Assembly (NCBI GenBank): GCA_036267755.1
Contig: DATAVK010000062.1
Span: 887 to 64,886, forward strand
Reading direction: 5' to 3'
DNA: 64,000 nt
From: Mycobacteriales bacterium
GTDB lineage: Bacteria > Actinomycetota > Actinomycetes > JAFAQI01
The translations under genes were made by a program, and so were the position numbers. Positions 8,996 through 17,204 of the stretch are shown here, in pieces; within the stretch, counting starts at the first letter, position 1; every line of letters starts with the position of its first letter. A model generated the notes under the pieces. It worked only from the letters and a program-made list of their open reading frames with translations. It made no database searches and was not told the origin of the DNA.

Positions 8996-11272
8996 ATGGT
9001 TGACTGCGCAGTCGTGACCTCCCGGCTTGCCGAGGCCCTTGCCGGCCGGCGAATCCTGCTGACCGGAGCCACCGGCTTCGTCGGCGAGGCGATTCTCGAG
9101 CGTCTGCTGCACGATCTGCCGGATGCCAGTGTCGTCGTTCTGGTGCGCAGCCGGCCTGGTCAGAGCGGCGAGGACCGGGTCGAGCAGCAGCTGCAGAGTC
9201 CGGCTTACGGCCGACTTCGCGAGCAGCTTGGCGAGGACGGAATCAACGCGCTCATCGGGTCGCGCATCACGGTGCTCGAGGGCGATCTCACCCACATCCC
9301 GCCGCTCCCCGCTGACCTCGACATCGTCATTCATTGCGCCGGCGAGGTGTCGTTCGATCCGGCGATCGACGAGGGGTTCGCCACCAACGTCCACGGCACG
9401 CTCAACCTGCTGGCCGCGGTCGAAGCGAGTGGCAGCCGGCCGCACTACCTGCATGTCTCGACGGCGTACGTCGCAGGCCGACAGCAGGGCCACGTCCGCG
9501 AGGGCCGGCTCGAGCACGAGATCGACTGGCGCGCCGAGGCAGCGGTCGCGGCGACGATGCGGGAGCGGTTCGAGACCGACAGCCGGCTGCCCGACCAGCT
9601 GGGCGAGTTCATCGCGGCGGCAGAACGAGAGCACGGTCACTCCGGCCATACCGCCGTCGGTGCCGACGCCGAGCGCCAGCGCCAGGAGTGGGCATCGAAG
9701 GCCATGGTCGACGCCGGCCGACAACGGGCCCGCACCCTGGGCTGGACCGACTGCTACACGTTCACCAAGGCGATGGCGGAGCGGGCGGTCGAGGAGACCG
9801 CGGCCCACCTGCCGGTGACGATCCTGCGGCCGAGCATCATCGAGAGCGCCCTCGAGCAGCCGTATCCCGGCTGGATCGAGGGCTTCAAGATGGCGGAGCC
9901 GATCATCCTGGCCTTCGGTCGCGGCGACCTGCCGGACTTTCCCGGCCTGCCCGACGGCACGATTGACATCATCCCGGTCGACCTGGTCGTCAACGCGACG
10001 CTCGCCGCCGCGGCCCAGACACCCGAGCCGGGCGACCCGGCGTACTTCACGATCTGCTCCGGTGCCCGCAACCCCCTCACCTTCCACCGGCTCTACCAGC
10101 TGGTCCGCGGGTACTTCACCGAGCACCCACTGGTCCAGCCCGACCGCGGTGCCGTCCGGGTGCCCGAGTGGCAGTGGCCGGGCTCCGCCCGCGTCGGCCA
10201 GCTGCTCGACCTCGGCGAGAAGGCCCACAAGGTCGTCGACCGGGTCGTGACGTCGCTGCCGCGCTCAGACCGCAGCCGCGGCTGGGCCCGGTCGCTGGAC
10301 CGCCAGAAACGACGGATCGACTTCCTGCGCCGCTATTTCGACCTCTACCGCCCGTACGCCGATGCCGAGCTGATCTTCCACGACAGCCGCACCCTGGCCC
10401 TGCACGAGTCGCTGCACCCGGACGACGTCGCGACGTTCGGCTTCGACGCGGCGGTCATCGACTGGCCGGAGTACCTGATCGGGATCCACGTCCCCGGTGT
10501 GGTCGAGCCGATGCGCGCCTTCACCACCTCACGGCCGCCGCGACCGGACCCGAAGCGCGACGTGACGCCGGCGGAGAACGCCGTGGCGGTCTTCGACATG
10601 GACGGCACGCTGCTGCCGAGCAACGTCGTCGAGTCCTACCTCTGGCTCCGGTTACCAGAACTCCCCACCGGGCAACGGGCGCGGGAGGTCGTCGACGTCG
10701 CGGGCGCGCTTCCCCGCTGGCTCGCGACCCAGCGCCGTGACCGTGCGGCGTTCCTGCGAGCCGTCTACCGCCGCTACGAGGGTGCCCGGCTCAGCGAGCT
10801 CGAGCAGATCGTGGACGCCGACGTGACGACCACCGTGCTCGGGCGGCTCTCCCCCGGCGCGGTCCGTGCGGTCCGGGAACATCGCGCCGTGGGCTACCGG
10901 GTCGTGCTGGTGACCGGCGCCGTGTCGCCGCTCGTCCGGCCGGTGGCTGCACTGTTCGACGAGATCGTGTCGGCCGAGCTCGAGGTCGACGCCACGGGCC
11001 GCTGCACCGGCCACCTGGCCCGGCCCCCGCTGGTCGGCGAGGCCCGCGCCGCCTGGCTGCGACACCGAGCCCGGGAGGACGGCTGGGACCTGTCCGTGAG
11101 CTACGCGTACGCCGATTCCGCCAGTGACCTGCCGCTGCTTCGATCGGTCGGTCACCCGGTAGCGGTCGACCCCGACGTGATCCTGTCCCGCGTCGCCCAC
11201 AAGGAACGCTGGCCGGTCGAGGGCTGGCATGCCGGGGCGCCGGTCGGCCGGAGTCTGGTGCGAGCCCGATGA
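8996..11272 (+). CDS. fatty acyl-CoA reductase (SDR/male-sterility type) fused to HAD-IB phosphatase domain
   Basis: ORF 8861-11272 trimmed to ATG 8996. Rossmann motif LLTGATGFVGEAILERL, catalytic YTFTK (YxxxK), and a C-terminal HAD domain with VAVFDMDGTLLPSN (DxDxT) and YADSASDLPLL. Confidence 0.8.
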   Translation: MVDCAVVTSRLAEALAGRRILLTGATGFVGEAILERLLHDLPDASVVVLVRSRPGQSGEDRVEQQLQSPAYGRLREQLGEDGINALIGSRITVLEGDLTHIPPLPADLDIVIHCAGEVSFDPAIDEGFATNVHGTLNLLAAVEASGSRPHYLHVSTAYVAGRQQGHVREGRLEHEIDWRAEAAVAATMRERFETDSRLPDQLGEFIAAAEREHGHSGHTAVGADAERQRQEWASKAMVDAGRQRARTLGWTDCYTFTKAMAERAVEETAAHLPVTILRPSIIESALEQPYPGWIEGFKMAEPIILAFGRGDLPDFPGLPDGTIDIIPVDLVVNATLAAAAQTPEPGDPAYFTICSGARNPLTFHRLYQLVRGYFTEHPLVQPDRGAVRVPEWQWPGSARVGQLLDLGEKAHKVVDRVVTSLPRSDRSRGWARSLDRQKRRIDFLRRYFDLYRPYADAELIFHDSRTLALHESLHPDDVATFGFDAAVIDWPEYLIGIHVPGVVEPMRAFTTSRPPRPDPKRDVTPAENAVAVFDMDGTLLPSNVVESYLWLRLPELPTGQRAREVVDVAGALPRWLATQRRDRAAFLRAVYRRYEGARLSELEQIVDADVTTTVLGRLSPGAVRAVREHRAVGYRVVLVTGAVSPLVRPVAALFDEIVSAELEVDATGRCTGHLARPPLVGEARAAWLRHRAREDGWDLSVSYAYADSASDLPLLRSVGHPVAVDPDVILSRVAHKERWPVEGWHAGAPVGRSLVRAR

Positions 11273-11282
11273 GGAGCCTGCT

Positions 11283-12464
11283 GTGATCTCGGCCCTGGAG
11301 GTCTACCGCTCGCTGCCGCGATACGTCGCCGCGCGTGCGATCGGCCCGCGGCTGCCCGGCTTGCTGGCCGGCCCGCTCGCACCGCTGCGGCTGATGCACC
11401 ACGACGCGCCACGGTCCCCCGGCGAGGACTGGGTGCGGGTGCGGCCCCGGCTCTCCGGCATCTGCGGCAGCGACCTCGCGACGCTCTCGGGTCACACGTC
11501 GCTGTACTTCACACCACTGGTGTCGATGCCGTTCGTCCCTGGACACGAGATCGTCGGCGAGCTCCGTGACGACGCCCCAGGCATGCCGAAGGGCACCCGC
11601 GTCGTGCTCGACCCCGTGCTCGGCTGCGCGGCGCGTGGCCTCGAGCTCTGTGACGCGTGCCGCGAGGGCGCCCGCAACCGCTGCGACCGGGTCACGGTCG
11701 GTCACCTGTCCCCCGGCCTGCAGACCGGCTACTGCCGGGACACCGGCGGGGGGTGGAGCGGCGAGCTGGTGGCACACATCTCCCAGCTGCACGCCGTACC
11801 GGACGACCTCAGCGACGACCGTGCGGTCCTCGTCGAGCCGCTCGCCTGCGCGGTCCACATCGCGCGCCGCGCCCAGCTCGCCGAAGGTGGGTCGGCGCTG
11901 ATCGTCGGCGCCGGTGCCGTCGGGCTGTTCGTCGCGCTGGCGTTGCGCGAGCTGGCCCCCGCCGCCCAGGTCACCGTCGTCGCCAAGCACTTCAAGCAGC
12001 AGGAGCTCGCGGCCCGGCTCGGCGCGACAAGCGTGGTGACGCCGACCGAGGTCGCTGCCGCAGTCCGCAGATCGACGCGGGCGCTACGGCTCGAGCCGGA
12101 ACGCGGAGCGCCGTACCTGCTCGGTGGCGTCGACGTCGCGATCGACGCCGTAGGTTCGCGCAGCTCCATCGATACCGCGCTTCGGCTCACCCGGGCCGGT
12201 GGCCGAGTCGTACTAGGCGGCGTGCCCGGCGACGGCGTCGACCTGACACCTGCGTGGTTCCGCGAGCTCGACATCGCCGGCGCTTACGCCAGCGGAGGCG
12301 ATGCCTTCGACGTGGCGATCCGGCTCGCGGCCAGCGCACCGATCGACGACCTGCTGGGCGTGGCATATCCCCTCGACCGGTGGCGGGAAGCGCTGGACCA
12401 CGCGCACGACGCCGGCCGGCTGGGGACCTTGAAAGTGGCATTCGACCTGAGGAACGCAGCATGA
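11283..12464 (+). CDS. zinc-dependent alcohol dehydrogenase family protein
   Basis: ORF 11229-12464 with start moved to GTG 11283, 10 nt after the upstream stop. Motifs: GICGSDLATLSG, PFVPGHEIVGEL and Rossmann LIVGAGAVG. Confidence 0.8.
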   Translation: MISALEVYRSLPRYVAARAIGPRLPGLLAGPLAPLRLMHHDAPRSPGEDWVRVRPRLSGICGSDLATLSGHTSLYFTPLVSMPFVPGHEIVGELRDDAPGMPKGTRVVLDPVLGCAARGLELCDACREGARNRCDRVTVGHLSPGLQTGYCRDTGGGWSGELVAHISQLHAVPDDLSDDRAVLVEPLACAVHIARRAQLAEGGSALIVGAGAVGLFVALALRELAPAAQVTVVAKHFKQQELAARLGATSVVTPTEVAAAVRRSTRALRLEPERGAPYLLGGVDVAIDAVGSRSSIDTALRLTRAGGRVVLGGVPGDGVDLTPAWFRELDIAGAYASGGDAFDVAIRLAASAPIDDLLGVAYPLDRWREALDHAHDAGRLGTLKVAFDLRNAA

Positions 12465-14038
12465 GCAGACCGGGCTTTGTCCTCGACGTCGATCAGCGGA
12501 CACCTCCGCTGCTCGTGCACTCAGGCGAGTCGTTCCGGCTCCAGGAGTTCCCGCTCGGCACCCGCGTCGTCTATCCCGCCGAGTCGCTGCCCGCCGTCCC
12601 CGACCTCGACGAGGCGATCGAGGACGCGCTGCTGCACCCCGTCGACAGTGAGCCGCTACCGGCACTGCTCCATGCCGGGATGAAGCTCACCATCGCCTTC
12701 GACGACCTGTCGCTGCCACTGCCTCAGATGCGCAAGCCCGACATCCGGCAGAAGGTCATCGAGCACGTTCTGCAGTACGCCGCCGACGCCGGTGTCGACG
12801 ACGTCGAGCTGATCGTGGCGACGGCGCTGCACCGCCGGATGACCGGCGAGGAGATCAAGGCCGTCGTCGGCGAGCGGGTGTTCCGATCGTTCTGGCCCGA
12901 CCAGCTCTACAACTTCGACGCCGAGGACCCAGACGCGCTGGCGCACCTGGGTACGACGGACAGCGGCGAGGACGTCGAGATCTCGAAGCGGGCGGCCGAA
13001 TCCGATCTGCTCGTCTACGTCAACGTCAACCTGGTGGCGATGGACGGCGGCTGGAAATCCACTGCTGTCGGACTCGCGTCGTACAAGTCGTTGAAGCACC
13101 ACCACAACGCGCACACCATGGTGAACTCGCGGTCGTTCATGGATCCGAAGCACTCGCAGCTGCACTCCTCCGCCTGGCGGATGGGGCGCATCATCAACGA
13201 ACACGTCAAGGTCTTCCAGATCGAGACGACGTTGAACAACAACGCTTTTCCGTCGCGCTACGGCTTCCTGCAGAAGCGCGAGTGGGAGTGGTCGCTGCGC
13301 GACCAGGCGATGTTCCTCGGCGCGAAGCAGGGCATCGACGTCATGCCGGCCAAGCTGCGCCGCAACACCTTCCAGAAGATGGAGGCGCCGTACGGCATCA
13401 CCGGCGTCACGGCGGGTGCGGTCGAGCCGGTCCACGAACGGACCCTCGAGAAGGTGCACCAGCAGCAGCTCGTCGAGGTCGACGGCCAGTCCGACGTGAT
13501 GGTGCTCGGCCTGCCGTACCTGTGCCCCTACAACGTCAACAGCATCATGAACCCGATCCTCGCCGCCTGCCTCGGGCTCGGTTACTTCTTCAACATGTAC
13601 GTCGGAAAACCGTTGGTACGCAAGGGCGGAGTCCTGATCCTGCATCACCCGGTGCCGTGGGAGTTCTCGACGCTGCACCATCCGTCGTACGTCGACTTCT
13701 TCGACGAGGTGCTGGCGGAGAGCACCGACCCGAAGGTGATCGGGCCGAAGTTCGAGGAGCAGTACGCGACCGACCCGTGGTACCGGCACCTGTACCGGAC
13801 CTCGAACGCCTACCACGGCGTGCACCCGTTCTACATGTGGTACTGGTGCGCCCACGCGCTCGACCATCTCGGTCAGGTCATCTGGGTCGGCGGCGATCGG
13901 CGCGCGATCGCTCGGATGGGGATGCGGTCGGCGTCGACGTTCGCCGACGCTTTGGAGCTGGCGCGTGACACGGTCGGCGCCAGCCCGTCGATCACCTACA
14001 TGCACTCGCCGCCGCACGTCCTCGCGGACGTCCGATGA
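12461..14038 (+). CDS. LarA-like (lactate racemase N-terminal domain, DUF2088) protein, divergent
   Basis: Real start is ATG 12461, which overlaps the ADH stop (ATGA). The upstream part of ORF 11657-14038 is a shadow. LarA-like strings: LIVATALHRRMTGEE and MDGGWKSTAVGLASYKSLKHHHNAH. Confidence 0.75.
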   Translation: MSRPGFVLDVDQRTPPLLVHSGESFRLQEFPLGTRVVYPAESLPAVPDLDEAIEDALLHPVDSEPLPALLHAGMKLTIAFDDLSLPLPQMRKPDIRQKVIEHVLQYAADAGVDDVELIVATALHRRMTGEEIKAVVGERVFRSFWPDQLYNFDAEDPDALAHLGTTDSGEDVEISKRAAESDLLVYVNVNLVAMDGGWKSTAVGLASYKSLKHHHNAHTMVNSRSFMDPKHSQLHSSAWRMGRIINEHVKVFQIETTLNNNAFPSRYGFLQKREWEWSLRDQAMFLGAKQGIDVMPAKLRRNTFQKMEAPYGITGVTAGAVEPVHERTLEKVHQQQLVEVDGQSDVMVLGLPYLCPYNVNSIMNPILAACLGLGYFFNMYVGKPLVRKGGVLILHHPVPWEFSTLHHPSYVDFFDEVLAESTDPKVIGPKFEEQYATDPWYRHLYRTSNAYHGVHPFYMWYWCAHALDHLGQVIWVGGDRRAIARMGMRSASTFADALELARDTVGASPSITYMHSPPHVLADVR

Positions 14039-14051
14039 CGGACGCCGCGAC

Positions 14052-14954
14052 ATGAGCGTCGCGCGGGATGTCCGGCAGGTCGCGAAGGGTTGGCGCTGGG
14101 CCCATCGGCCGTTGCCACCGCAGTCGGCTGAGCCACACTTCACCTTCCTCGAGAAGAAGGAGTTCTCGACCGACTGGGCCCGATCCCGCCCCGCCCAGGC
14201 CGCCCGTGAGGTCATCCTCCGCGGTGGCCTCGGCCCGCTGGTACGCCGCGAGACCGCGGTGCAGGTGGCTGGGTTGGACATCTTCGACGACCTCACCGGC
14301 CCGGCGGTCTTCGTCGCCAACCACACCTCGCACATCGACACTGCGCTGCTGCTGACGACCCTGCCGCCCGCCTGGCAGCGACGGGTCACGGTGGGTGCGG
14401 CCGCCGACTACTTCTTCGACGCCTGGTGGCGCGCCGTCGGCTCGGCCCTGGTCTTCGGAACCTTCCCGATCGAGCGGCACGGCGTGGGGCTGTCGGGTAC
14501 GCCGGAGAAGCTGCTGGCCGAGGGCTGGTCGGTCGTGATGTTCCCGGAAGGCACCCGCTCGCCCGACGGGTGGACGCGCCGGTTCCGTCCCGGTGCGGCG
14601 GCGCTGGCCCGCGCCAACGGTGTTCCCGTCGTACCAGTGGGCCTCGTTGGATCCTTCGCGGCGATGCCGCGCGGCCGCGGCTGGCCCGCACCCGGCCGGC
14701 CACCGGTCCATGTCCGCTACGGCCGTCCGTTGCTGGCCGGTGCGGACGAGAACACGTTGGCGTTCAACGCGCGCATCGCCGACGCGGTCTCGGCGTTGCT
14801 CGACGAGGACCGCACCGACTGGTACTCCGCTGCTCGCCGGGCGGCTGCCGGTGACACGCCGCCGAGCTCCGGCCCGCCGACCGCGAACTGGCGGCGGGTT
14901 TGGGCGTCTTCCGCGTCGCCCAAGACCGACAAGGCGCCGCGCGCCTGGCGCTAA
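14052..14954 (+). CDS. 1-acyl-sn-glycerol-3-phosphate acyltransferase family (PlsC-like) protein
   Basis: ORF 13965-14954 trimmed to ATG 14052, 13 nt after the upstream stop. Acyltransferase motifs NHTSHID (Hx4D) and FPEGTRS. Confidence 0.8.
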   Translation: MSVARDVRQVAKGWRWAHRPLPPQSAEPHFTFLEKKEFSTDWARSRPAQAAREVILRGGLGPLVRRETAVQVAGLDIFDDLTGPAVFVANHTSHIDTALLLTTLPPAWQRRVTVGAAADYFFDAWWRAVGSALVFGTFPIERHGVGLSGTPEKLLAEGWSVVMFPEGTRSPDGWTRRFRPGAAALARANGVPVVPVGLVGSFAAMPRGRGWPAPGRPPVHVRYGRPLLAGADENTLAFNARIADAVSALLDEDRTDWYSAARRAAAGDTPPSSGPPTANWRRVWASSASPKTDKAPRAWR

Positions 14955-14969
14955 CGAATCCGGCATCGC

Positions 14970-15626
14970 GTGACTGATCCAATCGTGGTCGACCGACGGG
15001 ACTCGCCACGCGGCGAGCTGGTGCTACGACGACGCGGTGCGGGCTTCGAGATCATCAGCAACGGGGTCTTCCTGATGGACACCAGCGACGGCCGCTCAGA
15101 ACGATTGCTCGTCGAAGCCGCACTCGACATCGCCGCCGCTGGCCGCCGGATCCTCATCGGCGGTCTTGGTGTCGGCCTGTCGTTACGTGCCGCGCTCGAC
15201 GACCCGCGGACCGAGACCGTCGTGGTGGCCGAGATCGAGCCGGCTGTCGTCGACTGGAACCGCAGCTACTTGGCCGGCGTCTCGGACCATGCCCTCGACG
15301 ACCCGCGGGTGGAGGTTTTGATCAGCGACATCCTCGATCTGCTGCGTGATGACGCATCGTCGTACGACGCGATCTGCCTCGACGTCGACAACGGTCCGGG
15401 CTGGACGGTGACCGACGCCAACGCCGCGTTGTACTCCGACACCGGCACCTCGTTGCTCGTGTCCCGACTCCACGTCGGTGGCGCGCTGTCGGTCTGGGGC
15501 GCCGCGCCCGACCCGTCGTACCAAGCGATCCTGAGCCGACACCTCGATGACGTCCGCGTCCTCGGCGTCGAGGTCGCCCGCGGAGACCCGGACGTGGTGT
15601 GGGTGGGCCGCCGAGGGCCGGACTGA
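14970..15626 (+). CDS. spermidine synthase-like / class I SAM-dependent transferase
   Basis: 218-aa ORF starting at GTG 14970. It has ILIGGLGVGLSLR and VVVAEIEPAVV strings like the spermine/spermidine synthase family. It begins 15 nt after the PlsC-like stop. Confidence 0.6.
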   Translation: MTDPIVVDRRDSPRGELVLRRRGAGFEIISNGVFLMDTSDGRSERLLVEAALDIAAAGRRILIGGLGVGLSLRAALDDPRTETVVVAEIEPAVVDWNRSYLAGVSDHALDDPRVEVLISDILDLLRDDASSYDAICLDVDNGPGWTVTDANAALYSDTGTSLLVSRLHVGGALSVWGAAPDPSYQAILSRHLDDVRVLGVEVARGDPDVVWVGRRGPD

Positions 15627-15670
15627 CCCCGGTGTTCGACGTCGGGCACGCGGTCGTGTACGACGGTGCC

Positions 15671-17143
15671 ATGGCAACCACGACCACACAGGACGAGAAG
15701 CGCGTCATCGACGCCGCGCCGCATCAGCTGTTCATCGGCGGCGAGTGGCGAGACGGCAGCACGAAGCAGACGCTCGGGATCGAGGATCCCGCGACCGGCG
15801 AGACACTGTGCGGGATCGCCGACGGCACCCCCGACGACGCCAAGGCCGCCCTGGACGCCGCGTGCGCGGCGCAGGACGACTGGGCCGCGACCGCGCCCCG
15901 CGAGCGCGGGGAGATCCTGCGTCGCGCCTTCGAGTTGATGACCGAGCGAGCGGACGAGCTCGGCCTGCTGATGACGCTCGAGATGGGCAAGCCACTCGCC
16001 GAGTCGGCGGGCGAGATCACCTACGCCGCCGAGTTCCTTCGGTGGTTCTCGGAGGAGGCCGTCCGGATCGACGGCCGATACGCGATCAACCCGGCCGGCG
16101 CCGGTCGGTTGCTCACGATGAAGCAGGCGATCGGACCGTGCCTGCTCATCACGCCGTGGAACTTTCCGACGGCGATGGGCACCCGCAAGATCGGGCCGGC
16201 GATCGCGGCGGGCTGCACGATGGTCGTCAAGCCCGCGCAGCAGACCCCGCTGTCGATGCTCGCCCTCGCGGCGCTGCTGCGTGAGGCCGGGCTCCCGGAC
16301 GGTGTGCTCAACGTCGTCACCACCAGCAAGGCATCCGACGTCACCGGTCCGCTCTTCGACGACAGCCGGCTCCGCAAGATGTCATTCACGGGGTCGACTC
16401 CCGTGGGCAAGACGCTGATGAAGCTGGCGTCAAAGAAGCTCGTGAAGTGCTCGATGGAGCTAGGCGGCAACGCGCCGTTCCTCGTCTTCGCCGACGCCGA
16501 CCTCGAGCACGCCGTCGACCAAGCGGTGATCGCGAAGATGCGCAACGGCGGCGAGTCGTGCGTCGCGGCGAACCGATTCCACGTGCACTCCTCGGTGGCC
16601 GACGAGTTCGCCGCCCGGCTCAGCGACAAGCTGGCGGCGATGAAGGTCAGTCGCGGCACCGAGGACGGCGCCCAGGTCGGGCCGCTCATCGACGCGACCC
16701 AGCGCGACAAGGTCGCCGAGCTCGTCGACGACGCCGTCGGCAAGGGCGCCAAGGTCCTCACCGGCGGCAGCACCGTCGGCGACCGCGGCTACTTCTACTC
16801 CCCCACCGTGCTCTCGGGCATCGCTGACGGCACCCAGCTGCTGACCGAGGAGATCTTCGGGCCGGTCGCACCGGTCAAGACCTTCGAGACCGACGACGAG
16901 GCCATGGCGGCAGCCAACGCCACGGAGTTCGGTCTCGTGGCCTACGCGTTCACGCGCGACATTGGGCGGGCGCTGCGGGTCGCGGAAGGTCTCGAGGTCG
17001 GAATGTTGGGGCTGAACAAGGGACTGGTGAGCAACGCGGCCGCACCGTTCGGCGGCATCAAGGAGTCCGGCTTCGGCCGCGAAGGCGGTCGCGAGGGCAT
17101 CGAGGAGTACCTGACGACGAAGTACGTCGCCGTCGACCTGTGA
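15671..17143 (+). CDS. gabD: NAD(P)-dependent succinate-semialdehyde dehydrogenase
   Basis: ORF 15599-17143 trimmed to ATG 15671 (MATTTTQDEK). Aldehyde dehydrogenase motifs MELGGNAPFLVF and NGGESCVAANR; 490 aa. Confidence 0.9.
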   Translation: MATTTTQDEKRVIDAAPHQLFIGGEWRDGSTKQTLGIEDPATGETLCGIADGTPDDAKAALDAACAAQDDWAATAPRERGEILRRAFELMTERADELGLLMTLEMGKPLAESAGEITYAAEFLRWFSEEAVRIDGRYAINPAGAGRLLTMKQAIGPCLLITPWNFPTAMGTRKIGPAIAAGCTMVVKPAQQTPLSMLALAALLREAGLPDGVLNVVTTSKASDVTGPLFDDSRLRKMSFTGSTPVGKTLMKLASKKLVKCSMELGGNAPFLVFADADLEHAVDQAVIAKMRNGGESCVAANRFHVHSSVADEFAARLSDKLAAMKVSRGTEDGAQVGPLIDATQRDKVAELVDDAVGKGAKVLTGGSTVGDRGYFYSPTVLSGIADGTQLLTEEIFGPVAPVKTFETDDEAMAAANATEFGLVAYAFTRDIGRALRVAEGLEVGMLGLNKGLVSNAAAPFGGIKESGFGREGGREGIEEYLTTKYVAVDL

Positions 17144-17156
17144 GGTACGCCGCCGG

Positions 17157-17204
17157 CTACCGGTGACGCTGGACTTACCAGTGACGCCGGATTACCAGTG
17201 ACCC
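17157..17204. repeat. three tandem copies of a ~17-18 nt unit, core TACC(G/A)GTGAC(G/C)C
   Basis: CTACCGGTGACGCTGGA (17157-17173), CTTACCAGTGACGCCGGA (17174-17191) and TTACCAGTGACCC (17192-17204). The third copy contains the stop codon and the last codons (GHW*) of the minus-strand gene. Confidence 0.7.

Noticed and set aside
8975-10228. N-terminal 418 codons of the 625-aa minus ORF 8351-10228
   Set aside because: This part runs antisense to the acyl-CoA reductase gene, which has strong motifs. The recognisable DinB/MDMPI-like protein begins at GTG 8974, so the extension is spurious.
11657-12460. Upstream 268 codons of the 793-aa + ORF 11657-14038
   Set aside because: This part is Arg/Pro-rich and out of frame over the Zn-ADH gene. 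The LarA-like protein starts at ATG 12461, which overlaps the ADH stop.
12461-14038. Reading the LarA-like gene as a lactate racemase operon
   Set aside because: No larB/larC/larE, lactate permease or lactate dehydrogenase genes are nearby. One catalytic His appears to be missing. The neighbours are lipid-type enzymes, so 'lactate racemase' would be over-annotation.
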